A DNA stretch of 64,000 nucleotides from an uncultured Flavobacteriales bacterium. Lineage in GTDB: Bacteria > Bacteroidota > Bacteroidia > Flavobacteriales > TMED113. This document shows positions 1 through 9,532 of this stretch, in pieces (position 1 is the stretch's first letter; every line of letters starts with the position of its first letter). The translations under genes were made by a program, and so were the position numbers. The notes under the pieces are model-generated. The model was given only the letters and a program-made list of their open reading frames with translations, was not told the DNA's origin and ran no database searches. Where the stretch lies: assembly GCA_964435285.1 (NCBI GenBank), contig CAYSYA010000001.1, forward strand, positions 22,322 to 86,321, in the 5' to 3' direction.

Positions 1-652
1 CTATTATTTCTTGTCTTTTGAAATTATTTTTTGAAATTCCAATTGATGATTTTATTAGATTAGTAGAGTCATTTATTAAAAAATCTAAACCAATAGATTT
101 TTTTGTGAATTTCAAAAAATGATTATCAATATTTTTTATATCAATATCGCCCCCTGTTAATGAAGTTTTAGAGTTATAAATTTTAATGTATATTTTATCA
201 AGCTCTTGTAATGACGATGATGACTCTCCGTATTGTAAAGGGATGGAGTTATCAGAAATAAATCCATCAATAAATAAATTATCGTTAATTTTTCCAGAAA
301 TTTTTAAATCTACATCTGTATTAATAGTGAAGTTTTGATTATTTCCATTTGCAAAACCTCTGGCAAAAGATCCACTTGTTAGTATTTCACTATCAATTTT
401 TTTATAATTATTTTGATTTAAAAATTTAGGCTCGGTTTCTATAATAGGTATATATAACGAACTGTCTCGTAGAGAGAATTTAATATTTGGATTTATTTTT
501 TTTTCATTAAAAATAATACTATCATTTAGAGAGATAGAGTCTTTAAATATAATATTTGACTTTGTATTGAAAATCAATTCATTTTGAGCTTCATTAGTTT
601 TAATAAATAGTAGAGTATATAATAAAAAAATCAATTTAAAATACTTTTTCAT
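1..652 (-). CDS. hypothetical secreted / outer-membrane protein; only the N-terminal 217 aa are in the window (gene runs off the left edge)
   Basis: Absent from the ORF track because there is no stop in-window. My own minus-strand translation from the ATG (complement of 650-652) reads MKKYFKLIFLLYTLLFIKTNEAQ..., which is signal-peptide-like, and stays open to position 2. A later segment, SGSFARGFANGNNQNFTINTDVDLKISGKINDNLFIDGFISDNSIPLQYGESSSSLQELDKIYIKIY, resembles a large conserved Bacteroidota outer-membrane family (putative porin/LptD-like), but I cannot name it securely. Confidence 0.6.
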   Translation of the reverse strand, partial: MKKYFKLIFLLYTLLFIKTNEAQNELIFNTKSNIIFKDSISLNDSIIFNEKKINPNIKFSLRDSSLYIPIIETEPKFLNQNNYKKIDSEILTSGSFARGFANGNNQNFTINTDVDLKISGKINDNLFIDGFISDNSIPLQYGESSSSLQELDKIYIKIYNSKTSLTGGDIDIKNIDNHFLKFTKKSIGLDFLINDSTNLIKSSIGISKNNFKRQEII

Positions 653-752
653 TTTATTCTATTTATTCTCAATTATTAAAATAAACGTTGTTTTTATAAA
701 ATCATTTGAATTTAGATCTTGAAATATAAAACAATCTTGTAATTTTATTATT

Positions 753-1508
753 ATGAAAGTAATTTCCTACAATATCAATGGCATTAGGGCCGCAATCAAA
801 AAAGGATTAATTCAGTGGATCAAGAAAATTAATGCAGATGTTATATGTCTTCAAGAAATAAAAGCAAACTTAGATCAATTTGATGAACAGAAATTTATTA
901 GTTTAGGTTATAATTGTTATTGGAACTCAGCTCATAAGAAAGGTTATAGTGGCGTTGCGATTTTGTGTAAAAAAAAACCAAATAAAATTATTTATGGCAT
1001 GAATGATAGTCAGATTGATTCAGAAGGTAGGGTTTTAAAAATTGAATATGATAATTTAAGTATATACTCAGTATATTTTCCATCAGGTTCTAGTGGTGAA
1101 TTAAGGCAAAAATTTAAAATTAGATTTTTAAAGAAATTCATGGCATTTATTAAACAAAGTTATGAACCAACATTAATTTCTGGAGATTATAATATATGTC
1201 ATAAATCAATTGATATTCATGACCCTATTAGAAATAAAAACTCATCTGGATTTTTGCCAGAGGAAAGAAAATGGATTTCTGATTTTATTGACTTAGGTTT
1301 TATTGATACTTTTAGGGAAAAAAATAAATCTCCAAACCAATATAGTTGGTGGAGTTATAGAGCATTATCCAGAGCCAGAAATAAAGGATGGAGAATAGAT
1401 TACCATATGTTGAGTTCTATTTTACAAGAAAAAATTGTAGAAGCTTCAATATTAAATGATGTAAACCACTCGGACCACTGTCCAATTTATTTAGAGATTA
1501 AAATATAA
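753..1508 (+). CDS. xth: exodeoxyribonuclease III (AP endonuclease, Xth/EEP family)
   Basis: 251-aa ORF with MKVISYNINGIRAA...DVICLQE at the N-terminus and the SDHCP motif at the C-terminus. Confidence 0.9.
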   Translation: MKVISYNINGIRAAIKKGLIQWIKKINADVICLQEIKANLDQFDEQKFISLGYNCYWNSAHKKGYSGVAILCKKKPNKIIYGMNDSQIDSEGRVLKIEYDNLSIYSVYFPSGSSGELRQKFKIRFLKKFMAFIKQSYEPTLISGDYNICHKSIDIHDPIRNKNSSGFLPEERKWISDFIDLGFIDTFREKNKSPNQYSWWSYRALSRARNKGWRIDYHMLSSILQEKIVEASILNDVNHSDHCPIYLEIKI

Positions 1509-1532
1509 TTGATTTTATTCATTTTGAAATAA

Positions 1533-2096
1533 TTACTTGTTTAAATTATTCATAGTTATTTCAGGCCCTGATAAAATAAAACTAACTATCATTTTATAAC
1601 AAATGTCTATTTTTGTGCTCAATGATTCTAATTCATTTGATGACCATTTTGATAGAACATATTTTACCTGTTCTCCCTTTTGAAAGCTTTTACTAATACC
1701 AAATTTTATTCTACAATAATTTGAGGATTTAAGATTCTCAATTATATTTCTATGGCCATTATGTCCTCCATGGCCTCCACTTGTTCGAAGTTTTATTTTT
1801 CCAAAATCTAAATTTAAATCGTCGGCAATAACTAATAGATTTTTTAAGGAAATTTTATAATAATTTAGGTAATACTTTATAGCATTTCCGCTTAAATTCA
1901 TGTAAGTAGAGGGCTTTAATAGATATATAGTTTTTCCTTCTAATTTAAATTTACAGATAAAGCCATTTTTTTCTTCAACAAATTGAATTTCTTTTCTTAA
2001 GCAAAAATGATCAATTATATCAAAACCTATATTATGCCTGGTATTTGTATAATTAGGACCAACATTTCCTAATCCAACAATTAAGTACTTACTCAT
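1533..2096 (-). CDS. pth: peptidyl-tRNA hydrolase
   Basis: 187 aa with LIVGLGNVGPNYTNTRHNIGF. It sits in the conserved pth-rplY-prs block. Confidence 0.92.
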   Translation of the reverse strand: MSKYLIVGLGNVGPNYTNTRHNIGFDIIDHFCLRKEIQFVEEKNGFICKFKLEGKTIYLLKPSTYMNLSGNAIKYYLNYYKISLKNLLVIADDLNLDFGKIKLRTSGGHGGHNGHRNIIENLKSSNYCRIKFGISKSFQKGEQVKYVLSKWSSNELESLSTKIDICYKMIVSFILSGPEITMNNLNK

Positions 2097-2126
2097 TTAT
2101 TAAATAATTCACAAAAATTAAAATTT

Positions 2127-2771
2127 TTATTGTGAATCATTTTTCTCTTCACTTGAATTCGATTCACCTTCTTTTTTATCCTCTGCCTCATCTTCTTCTT
2201 CAGTTTCTTCTTCCTCTTCTACAACATTTCTAGCAGTCTTAACACTAACAATTACAGCACTTTCAGGCTGAATAAAGTCATAATTTTCATTTTTAACATC
2301 CTCTATACGGATGGATTGTCCTATTCTTAATTTTGTGATATCAATTTCAATAGTATCAGGTAAATTTTTAGGTAATGATTTAATTAACAGCTTTCTCATT
2401 ACTAAATTAAGTTGCCCACCATTTCTAACACCAATAGAATTTCCTGTTAGTTCTACGGGTATATTTAAGGACACCAATTCATTTTCTGATAATTGTAAAA
2501 AATCAACATGTAATATATTATCACTAATTGGATGGAATTGCGCATCTCTGATGATGGTGTTATATTCTTTGTCATCAACCTTAATATTTAATACAAAAAC
2601 AGATGGATTATAAATAATTTTTTGTAATTCATTATTTTTTACAGTTATATGTACAGCTTCTTTACCCTTGCTATAAATAACACAAGGGATATTTCCATTT
2701 TTTCTAAGGTCCTTCGAGAATTTCTTTCCTAAATTTACTCTCGCTATTCCATTTAAAGATACCGATTTCAT
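2127..2771 (-). CDS. rplY: 50S ribosomal protein L25 / general stress protein Ctc
   Basis: 214 aa between pth and prs. It has an L25/Ctc-like N-terminal and beta-barrel region and an acidic low-complexity C-terminal tail (EEEEETEEEDEAED). Confidence 0.85.
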   Translation of the reverse strand: MKSVSLNGIARVNLGKKFSKDLRKNGNIPCVIYSKGKEAVHITVKNNELQKIIYNPSVFVLNIKVDDKEYNTIIRDAQFHPISDNILHVDFLQLSENELVSLNIPVELTGNSIGVRNGGQLNLVMRKLLIKSLPKNLPDTIEIDITKLRIGQSIRIEDVKNENYDFIQPESAVIVSVKTARNVVEEEEETEEEDEAEDKKEGESNSSEEKNDSQ

Positions 2772-2791
2772 AATTTTATTTATTTATTTAA

Positions 2792-3724
2792 TTAAACAAT
2801 AAACTGACTACTAATAGATTTATCTGTATTAATATTTCTAATAGTATCAGCAAAAAGTTTCGCAACACTTAAAACTTTTATTTTTTCACTTTTACTTTTC
2901 AGCGGTAAGCTGTCTGTAACTACTAATTCTTCAATACAAGAATTATTTATATTTTCATATGCTTTACCTGATAAAATAGCGTGTGTACAAATTGCACGCA
3001 CACTATTTGCTCCATTTTTTTTCATTAAATAACTTGCTTTTGCCATGGTGCCAGCAGTATCAATCATATCATCAACAATCACCACATCTTTATTTTTTAT
3101 TTCTCCAATTATTTTTATTTTATCTATTACATTTGCTTTTTTTCTTTGTTTATAGCAAATAACCATTTCACATTTTAAATGCTTGGCGTACACATTAGCT
3201 CTTTTGGAACCACCTATATCAGGAGAAGCGATAACAAGATTATTTAATTTTAAATTTTTTATATATGGTATAAAGATTGTGGAAGCAAATAAATGATCAA
3301 CAGGAATTTTAAAAAAACCTTGAATTTGATCTGCGTGTAAATCTAAGGTCATAACTCTATTTGCTCCAGCAGAGGTTATTAAATTAGCAATTAATTTAGC
3401 CCCAATAGGAACCCTTGGCTTATCTTTTCTGTCTTGACGAGCAAATCCAAAGTAAGGCAAAATGGCAATAATTTCTTTAGCTGATGCTCTTTTTGCGGCA
3501 TCAATCATAAGTAATAATTCTAGTAATGTTTCTGCTGGAGGAGGGGTAGATTGAATAATAAAAACTTTTTTTCCTCTTAAAGTTTCTTCATAAGAGGGTT
3601 GAAATTCTCCGTCACTAAAGTTAGTAATTACAACATTTCCTAACTCTTCACCATATGACTTAGCAATTTTTTTTGCAATATCAATGGACGCTTGACCTGA
3701 AAAGATTTTTACTTCAACACTCAA
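2792..3724 (-). CDS. prs: ribose-phosphate diphosphokinase (PRPP synthetase)
   Basis: 310 aa with DLHADQIQGFF and the PRPP-binding loop VVIVDDMIDTAGT. Confidence 0.93.
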   Translation of the reverse strand: MSVEVKIFSGQASIDIAKKIAKSYGEELGNVVITNFSDGEFQPSYEETLRGKKVFIIQSTPPPAETLLELLLMIDAAKRASAKEIIAILPYFGFARQDRKDKPRVPIGAKLIANLITSAGANRVMTLDLHADQIQGFFKIPVDHLFASTIFIPYIKNLKLNNLVIASPDIGGSKRANVYAKHLKCEMVICYKQRKKANVIDKIKIIGEIKNKDVVIVDDMIDTAGTMAKASYLMKKNGANSVRAICTHAILSGKAYENINNSCIEELVVTDSLPLKSKSEKIKVLSVAKLFADTIRNINTDKSISSQFIV

Positions 3725-3796
3725 AATAATACCATATTTAATAGGGGTGACAAATTTATAAAAATAAAATTTAACTTTCCTATAATTAAGTATTAT

Positions 3797-3804
3797 TATA
3801 TTTG
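3797..3804 (+). promoter_or_regulatory. candidate Bacteroidota sigma-A -7 box (TATATTTG, consensus TAnnTTTG) for tRNA-Leu
   Basis: TATATTTG ends exactly 13 nt before tRNA position 1. The identical octamer lies at the identical spacing upstream of tRNA-Phe (44352-44359, minus strand). I found no clear -33 TTG. Confidence 0.35.
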
Positions 3805-3817
3805 TATTCCTTATTAA

Positions 3818-3901
3818 GCCCAGGTGGCGGAATTGGTAGACGCGCTGGATTCAAAATCCAGTTCTGGCAACAGAGTGTGGGTTCGAGCCCCACCCTGGGT
3901 A
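3818..3901 (+). tRNA. tRNA-Leu (anticodon CAA), type II with long variable arm
   Basis: Folded by hand. Acceptor GCCCAGG/CCTGGGT (G1-U72 wobble), D arm GCG-GAATTGGTAGA-CGC, anticodon arm CTGGA-TTCAAAA-TCCAG, long variable arm, T arm GTGGG-TTCGAGC-CCCAC, discriminator A. No encoded CCA. Confidence 0.93.
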
Positions 3902-3919
3902 CTTAATTTTAAGTTACTT

Positions 3920-5419
3920 ATGAAAGAAAAAAGTAAATTATTTGTTTTTTATAAAAGAAGTTTTTGGCTGATATCTATTGTTTTTTTTCTCTCTTTATAT
4001 CCTAATGTACGTAATAAATTTAAAACAAGTGATAAATTAAATCACATAGAAGAACTGTACGAATTAGTTCTTCAAAATTATCAAAATTCTTTACCAGAAG
4101 ATTCTTTAATTTTTTTTCTAAGAGAAGGATTATTAGAAAATTTAGATCCATTTACTCAGTATATTTCAAAGGAAGAATTAAAAAGAATTAATGAAGATTT
4201 TTCAGGTGACTTTTATGGTATAGGAGTTCAATTTACAATAATAAGAGACACTGTAATGGTTGTTAAAGTAATTAAGGACGGGCCATCTGAAAAAGCAAAT
4301 ATTATTCCAGGTGATCGAATCATTTCAGTAAATTCAGAGAACTTTACAGGTCCTGAGATTAATAATTCGGTTGTAATGAAAAAGTTGAGGGGGAAAAGAG
4401 GGCAAAAAGTTAAAATTTCTATTTTAAGGAAAGATAATGTATTAGAAAAAATATTATACAGAGGAGAAATTCCTTTAAATAGCATTGAGTCAAATTATAT
4501 GATTAAAGATGACATTGGTTATATAAAATTAGAAAAGTTTTCATCAACTACTTTCTATGAATTTAAAAATGCGATACGAGATCTCAAAAGAATCGGGGCT
4601 AAGAAATTAATCTTAGATTTGAGAAATAACGGAGGTGGCTACCTGCAACAAGCAGTTGATGTAACAAATGAATTTTTAGACGATAATCTTGAAATAGTTA
4701 GTACTAAAGGAGATTTTAGAAAACAGAAAACTTATTTTTCAAGTCATAAAGGTTCATTTAAAAAAGGTGAATTAGTTGTACTAATAAATGAAAATAGTGC
4801 ATCTGCGAGTGAGATACTAGCCGGCGCTATTCAAGATCATGATAGAGGAATAATTGTAGGGAAAAAAAGTTTTGGAAAAGGTCTTGTAGGCGAGCAAATT
4901 AATTTACGAGATGGTGGAGCATTAAGAATCACTGTTGCGAAATATTTTACTCCATCTGGAAGATGTATTCAAAAGCCATATAACTCTTTTGATACATTAA
5001 ATGATGTAAAAGAATTTAGAACAAAAAAGGGAAGAATTGTATTTTCAGACGGAGGAATAACTCCAGATATTTTAATTTTAGAGGATACAATATCAGATTT
5101 TGAGTCTAAATTTTGGAGTAGAAATTATAATATTTTATATGAAAAAGCATTCGATTTTGCAGATAAATATAGGTCTGATTTATTAAATAATTATCAATCT
5201 TTTTTCAGAAAAAATAATGAAAATATTTGGACAGAAATAATTTCGTTAGTAGATGATATTGAAACAAAAAGAAAAATAAATAATTACAAAAAAAATCTTC
5301 AAACTCTTTTCGAAAATATGGTATTAAATCAAATTCTTTCAACAGAAGACATAATTTATCATTATAATAAAGATGATGAGTATATAAATAAAGCCTTAGA
5401 AATAATTAGTAAATCGTAG
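3920..5419 (+). CDS. S41 family C-terminal processing (tail-specific) peptidase, membrane-anchored
   Basis: The track ORF 3824..5419 begins inside the tRNA. The first credible start is ATG 3920 (MKEKSKLFVFYKRSFWLISIVFFLS, a TM anchor). It has a PDZ-like region and the catalytic motif NENSASASEILAGAIQD. Confidence 0.85.
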   Translation: MKEKSKLFVFYKRSFWLISIVFFLSLYPNVRNKFKTSDKLNHIEELYELVLQNYQNSLPEDSLIFFLREGLLENLDPFTQYISKEELKRINEDFSGDFYGIGVQFTIIRDTVMVVKVIKDGPSEKANIIPGDRIISVNSENFTGPEINNSVVMKKLRGKRGQKVKISILRKDNVLEKILYRGEIPLNSIESNYMIKDDIGYIKLEKFSSTTFYEFKNAIRDLKRIGAKKLILDLRNNGGGYLQQAVDVTNEFLDDNLEIVSTKGDFRKQKTYFSSHKGSFKKGELVVLINENSASASEILAGAIQDHDRGIIVGKKSFGKGLVGEQINLRDGGALRITVAKYFTPSGRCIQKPYNSFDTLNDVKEFRTKKGRIVFSDGGITPDILILEDTISDFESKFWSRNYNILYEKAFDFADKYRSDLLNNYQSFFRKNNENIWTEIISLVDDIETKRKINNYKKNLQTLFENMVLNQILSTEDIIYHYNKDDEYINKALEIISKS

Positions 5420-5433
5420 TATAAAAAAATTAA

Positions 5434-6165
5434 ATGAAAAAATTCAGTAGGAGAAAAGTTTTAAAGTCAATATTAGGATTGAGTATTTATTCAATTATTC
5501 CATTTAAACTAGAAGCATTTAGTTTTTTTCATGAAAGAAATTTTAGTATTTTTGGTATAAATAAAACAAATCTTATGAGCTTTAAATTACCAGAACTTAA
5601 TTATAAATATGATGCACTTGAGCCACATTTTGATGCAAGAACAATGGAAATTCATCACAGCAAACATCACGCTGGCTATACAAATAACTTAAATAATTTA
5701 ATTAAAGGAACTGAGTTTGAAGGTAAGTCAATTGAGGAAATTCTTAAATCAAGTAATCTTCCTAATGGTATAAGAAACAACGGTGGGGGATTTTATAATC
5801 ATAGTTTATTTTGGGAGATACTATCTCCAAACAAAACAAATCCTTCAGAAAGATTATTGAAAATGATAAATGATTCTTTTGGCTCTTTTGAAAAAATGAA
5901 AGAAGACTTCTCTAAAGCTGCAGCTACTCGATTTGGTTCTGGTTGGGCTTGGCTTTGTTTTGATGGAAAAGGACTTAATATTTGCTCAACTCCAAATCAA
6001 GATAATCCTTTGATGAAGGATGGGTGTGGAGGCAAACCAATATTGGGACTTGATGTCTGGGAACATGCATACTATTTAAATTACCAAAATCGCAGAGCAG
6101 ACTATATTTCTGCCTTTTGGAATTTGGTTAATTGGGATGCAGTTGAAAAAAATATGCAAGACTAA
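5434..6165 (+). CDS. Fe/Mn superoxide dismutase with an N-terminal twin-arginine-type signal peptide
   Basis: Metal-ligand motifs [14 protein letters not shown] and DVWEHAYY are present. The 47-aa extension [28 protein letters not shown] matches the S-R-R-x-F-L-K Tat consensus. An internal Met48 (ATG 5575) precedes the canonical SFKLPELNY start. Confidence 0.9.
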   Translation: MKKFSRRKVLKSILGLSIYSIIPFKLEAFSFFHERNFSIFGINKTNLMSFKLPELNYKYDALEPHFDARTMEIHHSKHHAGYTNNLNNLIKGTEFEGKSIEEILKSSNLPNGIRNNGGGFYNHSLFWEILSPNKTNPSERLLKMINDSFGSFEKMKEDFSKAAATRFGSGWAWLCFDGKGLNICSTPNQDNPLMKDGCGGKPILGLDVWEHAYYLNYQNRRADYISAFWNLVNWDAVEKNMQD

Positions 6166-7850
6166 TTTAATTTACTGATTTCGTCATTTATCTTTTCATT
6201 ATCAATTATTTCAAATAAATGTTCTGGTGGACCTATTTTATGGTCTTCTTTAATATTATTTATTTCTGAAGAGCAATCCCAATTCGAAAAATCAGAATTT
6301 AAAATTTTACATAATTTCTTAGAAGTTTTAGGTAAAAATGGTTTACTTAAGACAGAAAGAGAAAATACCATTTGTATACTAATATTTAATATTGTCTCTG
6401 CTCTTTTAGGATTTATTTTTATTTGTTTCCAAGGTTCATTATCCGCTAAATATTTATTGCCTAACCTAGCTAAATTTATTACTTCAAAAAGAGCTTCTCT
6501 AAACTTATATTTTTCAATTGATTTCCCAATTTTTTTTGGATATTGAATAATCTTGTTTATTAAGTTTTCGTCTTCTTCATGGATTTCACCTCTAGCAGGA
6601 ACACTTCCATCCCAATATTTATTAATTAATACAATAACTCGATTAACAAAATTTCCAAAAATTGCAACAAGCTCATTATTATTTCTAGCTTGAAAGTCTT
6701 TCCATGTAAAATCTGAGTCTTTATTTTCTGGAGAAATAGAGCACAAAACAAACCTTAGTTCATCAGTTTTATTGGCGAAATTATTTAAATAATCATCTAT
6801 CCATATTGCGTGATTTCTGGAAGTAGAAATTTTTCTTCCTTCTAAATTCAAAAATTCATTTGCTGGAACATTTTTAGGCAGAATAAAATTACCGTGTTCT
6901 TTTAAAAGTATTGGGAATATAATACAGTGGAAGACTATATTATCTTTACCAATAAAGTTAATCAATTTAGTTTCAGGATTTTTCCAATATTTTTCCCAAT
7001 CTACTTTTTCTTTTTTTGCCCACTCTTTTGTTGCAGATATATAACCAATTGGAGCATCTAACCATACGTATAATACTTTACCTTTTTCACCATCTAATGG
7101 AACGGGCACACCCCAATCCAAATCTCTTGTCATTGCTCTACTTTGAAGTCCCCCATCAATCCATGATTTACATTGTCCCAGGACATTATTTTTCCATGTT
7201 TTTGGATCATGTACTTTGTTACCTTGAAAATACCCATTAACAATCCATTCATTTAACCAACTTTCATTTTTATTTAAAGGTAAGTACCAGTGAGAGGTCT
7301 CTTTCAACTCAGGGGAATTTCCACTTATAGTAGACTTTGGGTCGATTAGTTCAAGTGGACTTAATGTAGTCCCACAAGACTCGCATTGGTCTCCATATGC
7401 TTCTTTAAATCCGCATTTTGGACATGTTCCTTTTATATATCTATCCGCTAGAAATTGATTTGCACTTATATCAAAAAATTGTTTAGATTTTTTTTTGACA
7501 AATACATTTTTAGAATGAAGATTTTTGAAGAAACTCTGAGCTGTTTCATGGTGAAGTTTTGAGGATGTTCTGTGATAAATATTAAAATTAATATTTAATG
7601 CTTTGAAAGATTTTTCATTTTTTTCGTGATACAAGTCAATTATTTCCCTAGGAGTTTTTTGTTCTTTTTTCGCTCTTAGTGTAATTGCTGCTCCGTGTTC
7701 GTCTGATCCACAAACAAAAATAACATCGTTTTGTTTTAATTTTTGATATCGAACAAAAATATCAGCAGGTAAATAGGCTCCTGCTATATGACCAATATGA
7801 ATTGGTCCGTTAGCATACGGAAGTGCGGCTGTTATAATAAATCTTTCCAA
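6162..7850 (-). CDS. metG: methionine--tRNA ligase (short form, no C-terminal Trbp111-like domain)
   Basis: It has HIGH (PIHIGH), a zinc knuckle (CPKCG...CESCG) and a KMSKS-like motif (KISTS). The ORF is open to 7946, but that 32-aa extension overlaps the divergent gene. TTG at 7850 gives [21 protein letters not shown], the usual MetRS N-terminus. Confidence 0.9.
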   Translation of the reverse strand: MERFIITAALPYANGPIHIGHIAGAYLPADIFVRYQKLKQNDVIFVCGSDEHGAAITLRAKKEQKTPREIIDLYHEKNEKSFKALNINFNIYHRTSSKLHHETAQSFFKNLHSKNVFVKKKSKQFFDISANQFLADRYIKGTCPKCGFKEAYGDQCESCGTTLSPLELIDPKSTISGNSPELKETSHWYLPLNKNESWLNEWIVNGYFQGNKVHDPKTWKNNVLGQCKSWIDGGLQSRAMTRDLDWGVPVPLDGEKGKVLYVWLDAPIGYISATKEWAKKEKVDWEKYWKNPETKLINFIGKDNIVFHCIIFPILLKEHGNFILPKNVPANEFLNLEGRKISTSRNHAIWIDDYLNNFANKTDELRFVLCSISPENKDSDFTWKDFQARNNNELVAIFGNFVNRVIVLINKYWDGSVPARGEIHEEDENLINKIIQYPKKIGKSIEKYKFREALFEVINLARLGNKYLADNEPWKQIKINPKRAETILNISIQMVFSLSVLSKPFLPKTSKKLCKILNSDFSNWDCSSEINNIKEDHKIGPPEHLFEIIDNEKINDEISKLN

Positions 7851-7894
7851 AGTATAGTTTTGTATATTGTATAAAAATATGCAAACTGAACAAC

Positions 7895-8803
7895 ATGAAA
7901 AAATCAAATCATTTAGAATATCTAAAAAAAGAAGATTTAGTTGCAATTGTTTCTATTGCAAAGCATGTGACGAAGGATAAATGTCAATTAGCAGTTGAGT
8001 ATATTAGAAAGTCAGGTCTCCATTTAGTGAATTTAAATGATACTATGTTACCCAGAAAAGGCATGTTTTCAGGATCAGATGAACAAAGAACAAAAATTCT
8101 TCAATCAATTTTAGATAATGAGAAAGTAAAGGCAATTTTTTTCGCAAGAGGAGGATATGGGTCAATAAGAATTATAGACGATTTAAATTTTGATAAATTT
8201 TTAAAATATCCAAAATGGTTAATTGGATTTAGTGATATTACTGTTTTTTTATCACATATCTCAGCAAATTTCAACATGCCATCTTTACACAGCCCTATGC
8301 CATTTAATTTTCACAATACATCCAAAAAATCAATTCAAGAATTATTTAATCTTTTATTTGGAGTCACAAATTTTATTAATTTAAAGTCTAGTAAATACAA
8401 TAAAAAAGGAACTGCAAAAGGTAAATTAATTGGAGGTAATTTATCAATTTTGTGCTCTTTATTAAACTCAAAATCTTTTTATAAAACTAGAGGAAAAATA
8501 CTATTCATTGAAGATGTTAATGAATATTTATATTCAATAGATAGAATGATGCAGTCTTTACGAAGATCAGGTATTTTTAATAATTTATCTGGGCTAATAG
8601 TTGGTAAATTCACAGATATTAAAGACAATAAACCAATTTTTGGTCAAAATATATATGAAATTATTTTACAAGCTTTAGAAGATTTTGACTTTCCAATTTG
8701 TTTTAATTTCCCAGTTGGACATCAAAAAAAAAATACTCCTTTAATAATTAATAGAAATATAAAATTAGAGGTGGATAATATTGTTAAGTTTAGTTACACA
8801 TAA
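7895..8803 (+). CDS. LD-carboxypeptidase (S66 family, muramoyltetrapeptide carboxypeptidase-like)
   Basis: 302 aa with GGYGSIRI, nucleophile motif GFSDIT and C-terminal VGH. Confidence 0.8.
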   Translation: MKKSNHLEYLKKEDLVAIVSIAKHVTKDKCQLAVEYIRKSGLHLVNLNDTMLPRKGMFSGSDEQRTKILQSILDNEKVKAIFFARGGYGSIRIIDDLNFDKFLKYPKWLIGFSDITVFLSHISANFNMPSLHSPMPFNFHNTSKKSIQELFNLLFGVTNFINLKSSKYNKKGTAKGKLIGGNLSILCSLLNSKSFYKTRGKILFIEDVNEYLYSIDRMMQSLRRSGIFNNLSGLIVGKFTDIKDNKPIFGQNIYEIILQALEDFDFPICFNFPVGHQKKNTPLIINRNIKLEVDNIVKFSYT

Positions 8804-8806
8804 AAA

Positions 8807-9523
8807 ATGAATCAAATTTTATATAGATTAAATCAATTTATTTCCAGATCTGGAGTTACATCCAGAAGAAAGGCTGATATGCTTATAGAATCAGGAAAAA
8901 TAAAAGTCAATGGTCAAATTGTAAAAAAATTAGGAACTAAAGTATCAATAGAAGATAAAATTGAATTTAACGGAAAGCAAATTACAGTTCAGAGATATAA
9001 ATACTTAGTATTAAATAAACCCAAAAATTTTATAACCACTTTAAGTGATGAGAAAAAAAGAAAGACAGTTTTAGATTTAATTAATAATGCATGTGCCGAA
9101 AGATTATTTCCCGTTGGGAGATTAGATAAAAATACTACAGGAGTATTGTTATTTACAAATGACGGAGATTTATCTCAAAAGCTCATTCATCCAAAACATA
9201 AAATAAAAAAAGAATATCACGTTTCTCTAAATAAAAAAATAAGTATGTTAGATTTTGAAAAAATAAAAAAGGGAATTGACTTAGAAGATGGTAAAATAAA
9301 TGTTGATGACATTCGTATAATTAATAATACTCATAATAAAGAATTATTACTTACTTTACATTCAGGAAGAAATAGAATTGTTAGAAGAATTTTTGAATTC
9401 TTCGACTATGAAGTTTTAAAATTAGATAGAATATTATTTGCAGGAATTTCAAAAAAAAATACACCAAGAGGAAAATGGAGATTTTTAAACAATAAAGAAA
9501 TAGGGTTTTTAAAAATGAAATAA
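8807..9523 (+). CDS. rRNA pseudouridine synthase (RsuA/RluB family) with S4 domain
   Basis: 238 aa with S4-like LNQFISRSGVTSRRKADMLIESGKIKVNG and the catalytic motif GRLDKNTTGVLLFTNDG. Confidence 0.82.
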   Translation: MNQILYRLNQFISRSGVTSRRKADMLIESGKIKVNGQIVKKLGTKVSIEDKIEFNGKQITVQRYKYLVLNKPKNFITTLSDEKKRKTVLDLINNACAERLFPVGRLDKNTTGVLLFTNDGDLSQKLIHPKHKIKKEYHVSLNKKISMLDFEKIKKGIDLEDGKINVDDIRIINNTHNKELLLTLHSGRNRIVRRIFEFFDYEVLKLDRILFAGISKKNTPRGKWRFLNNKEIGFLKMK

Positions 9524-9532
9524 ATCATTGCA

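Noticed and set aside
3824-3919. N-terminal 32 aa of ORF-track entry 3824..5419 (MAELVDALDSKSSSGNRVWVRAPPWVLNFKLL)
   Set aside because: This stretch is the tRNA-Leu gene read as protein. The real CDS starts at ATG 3920.
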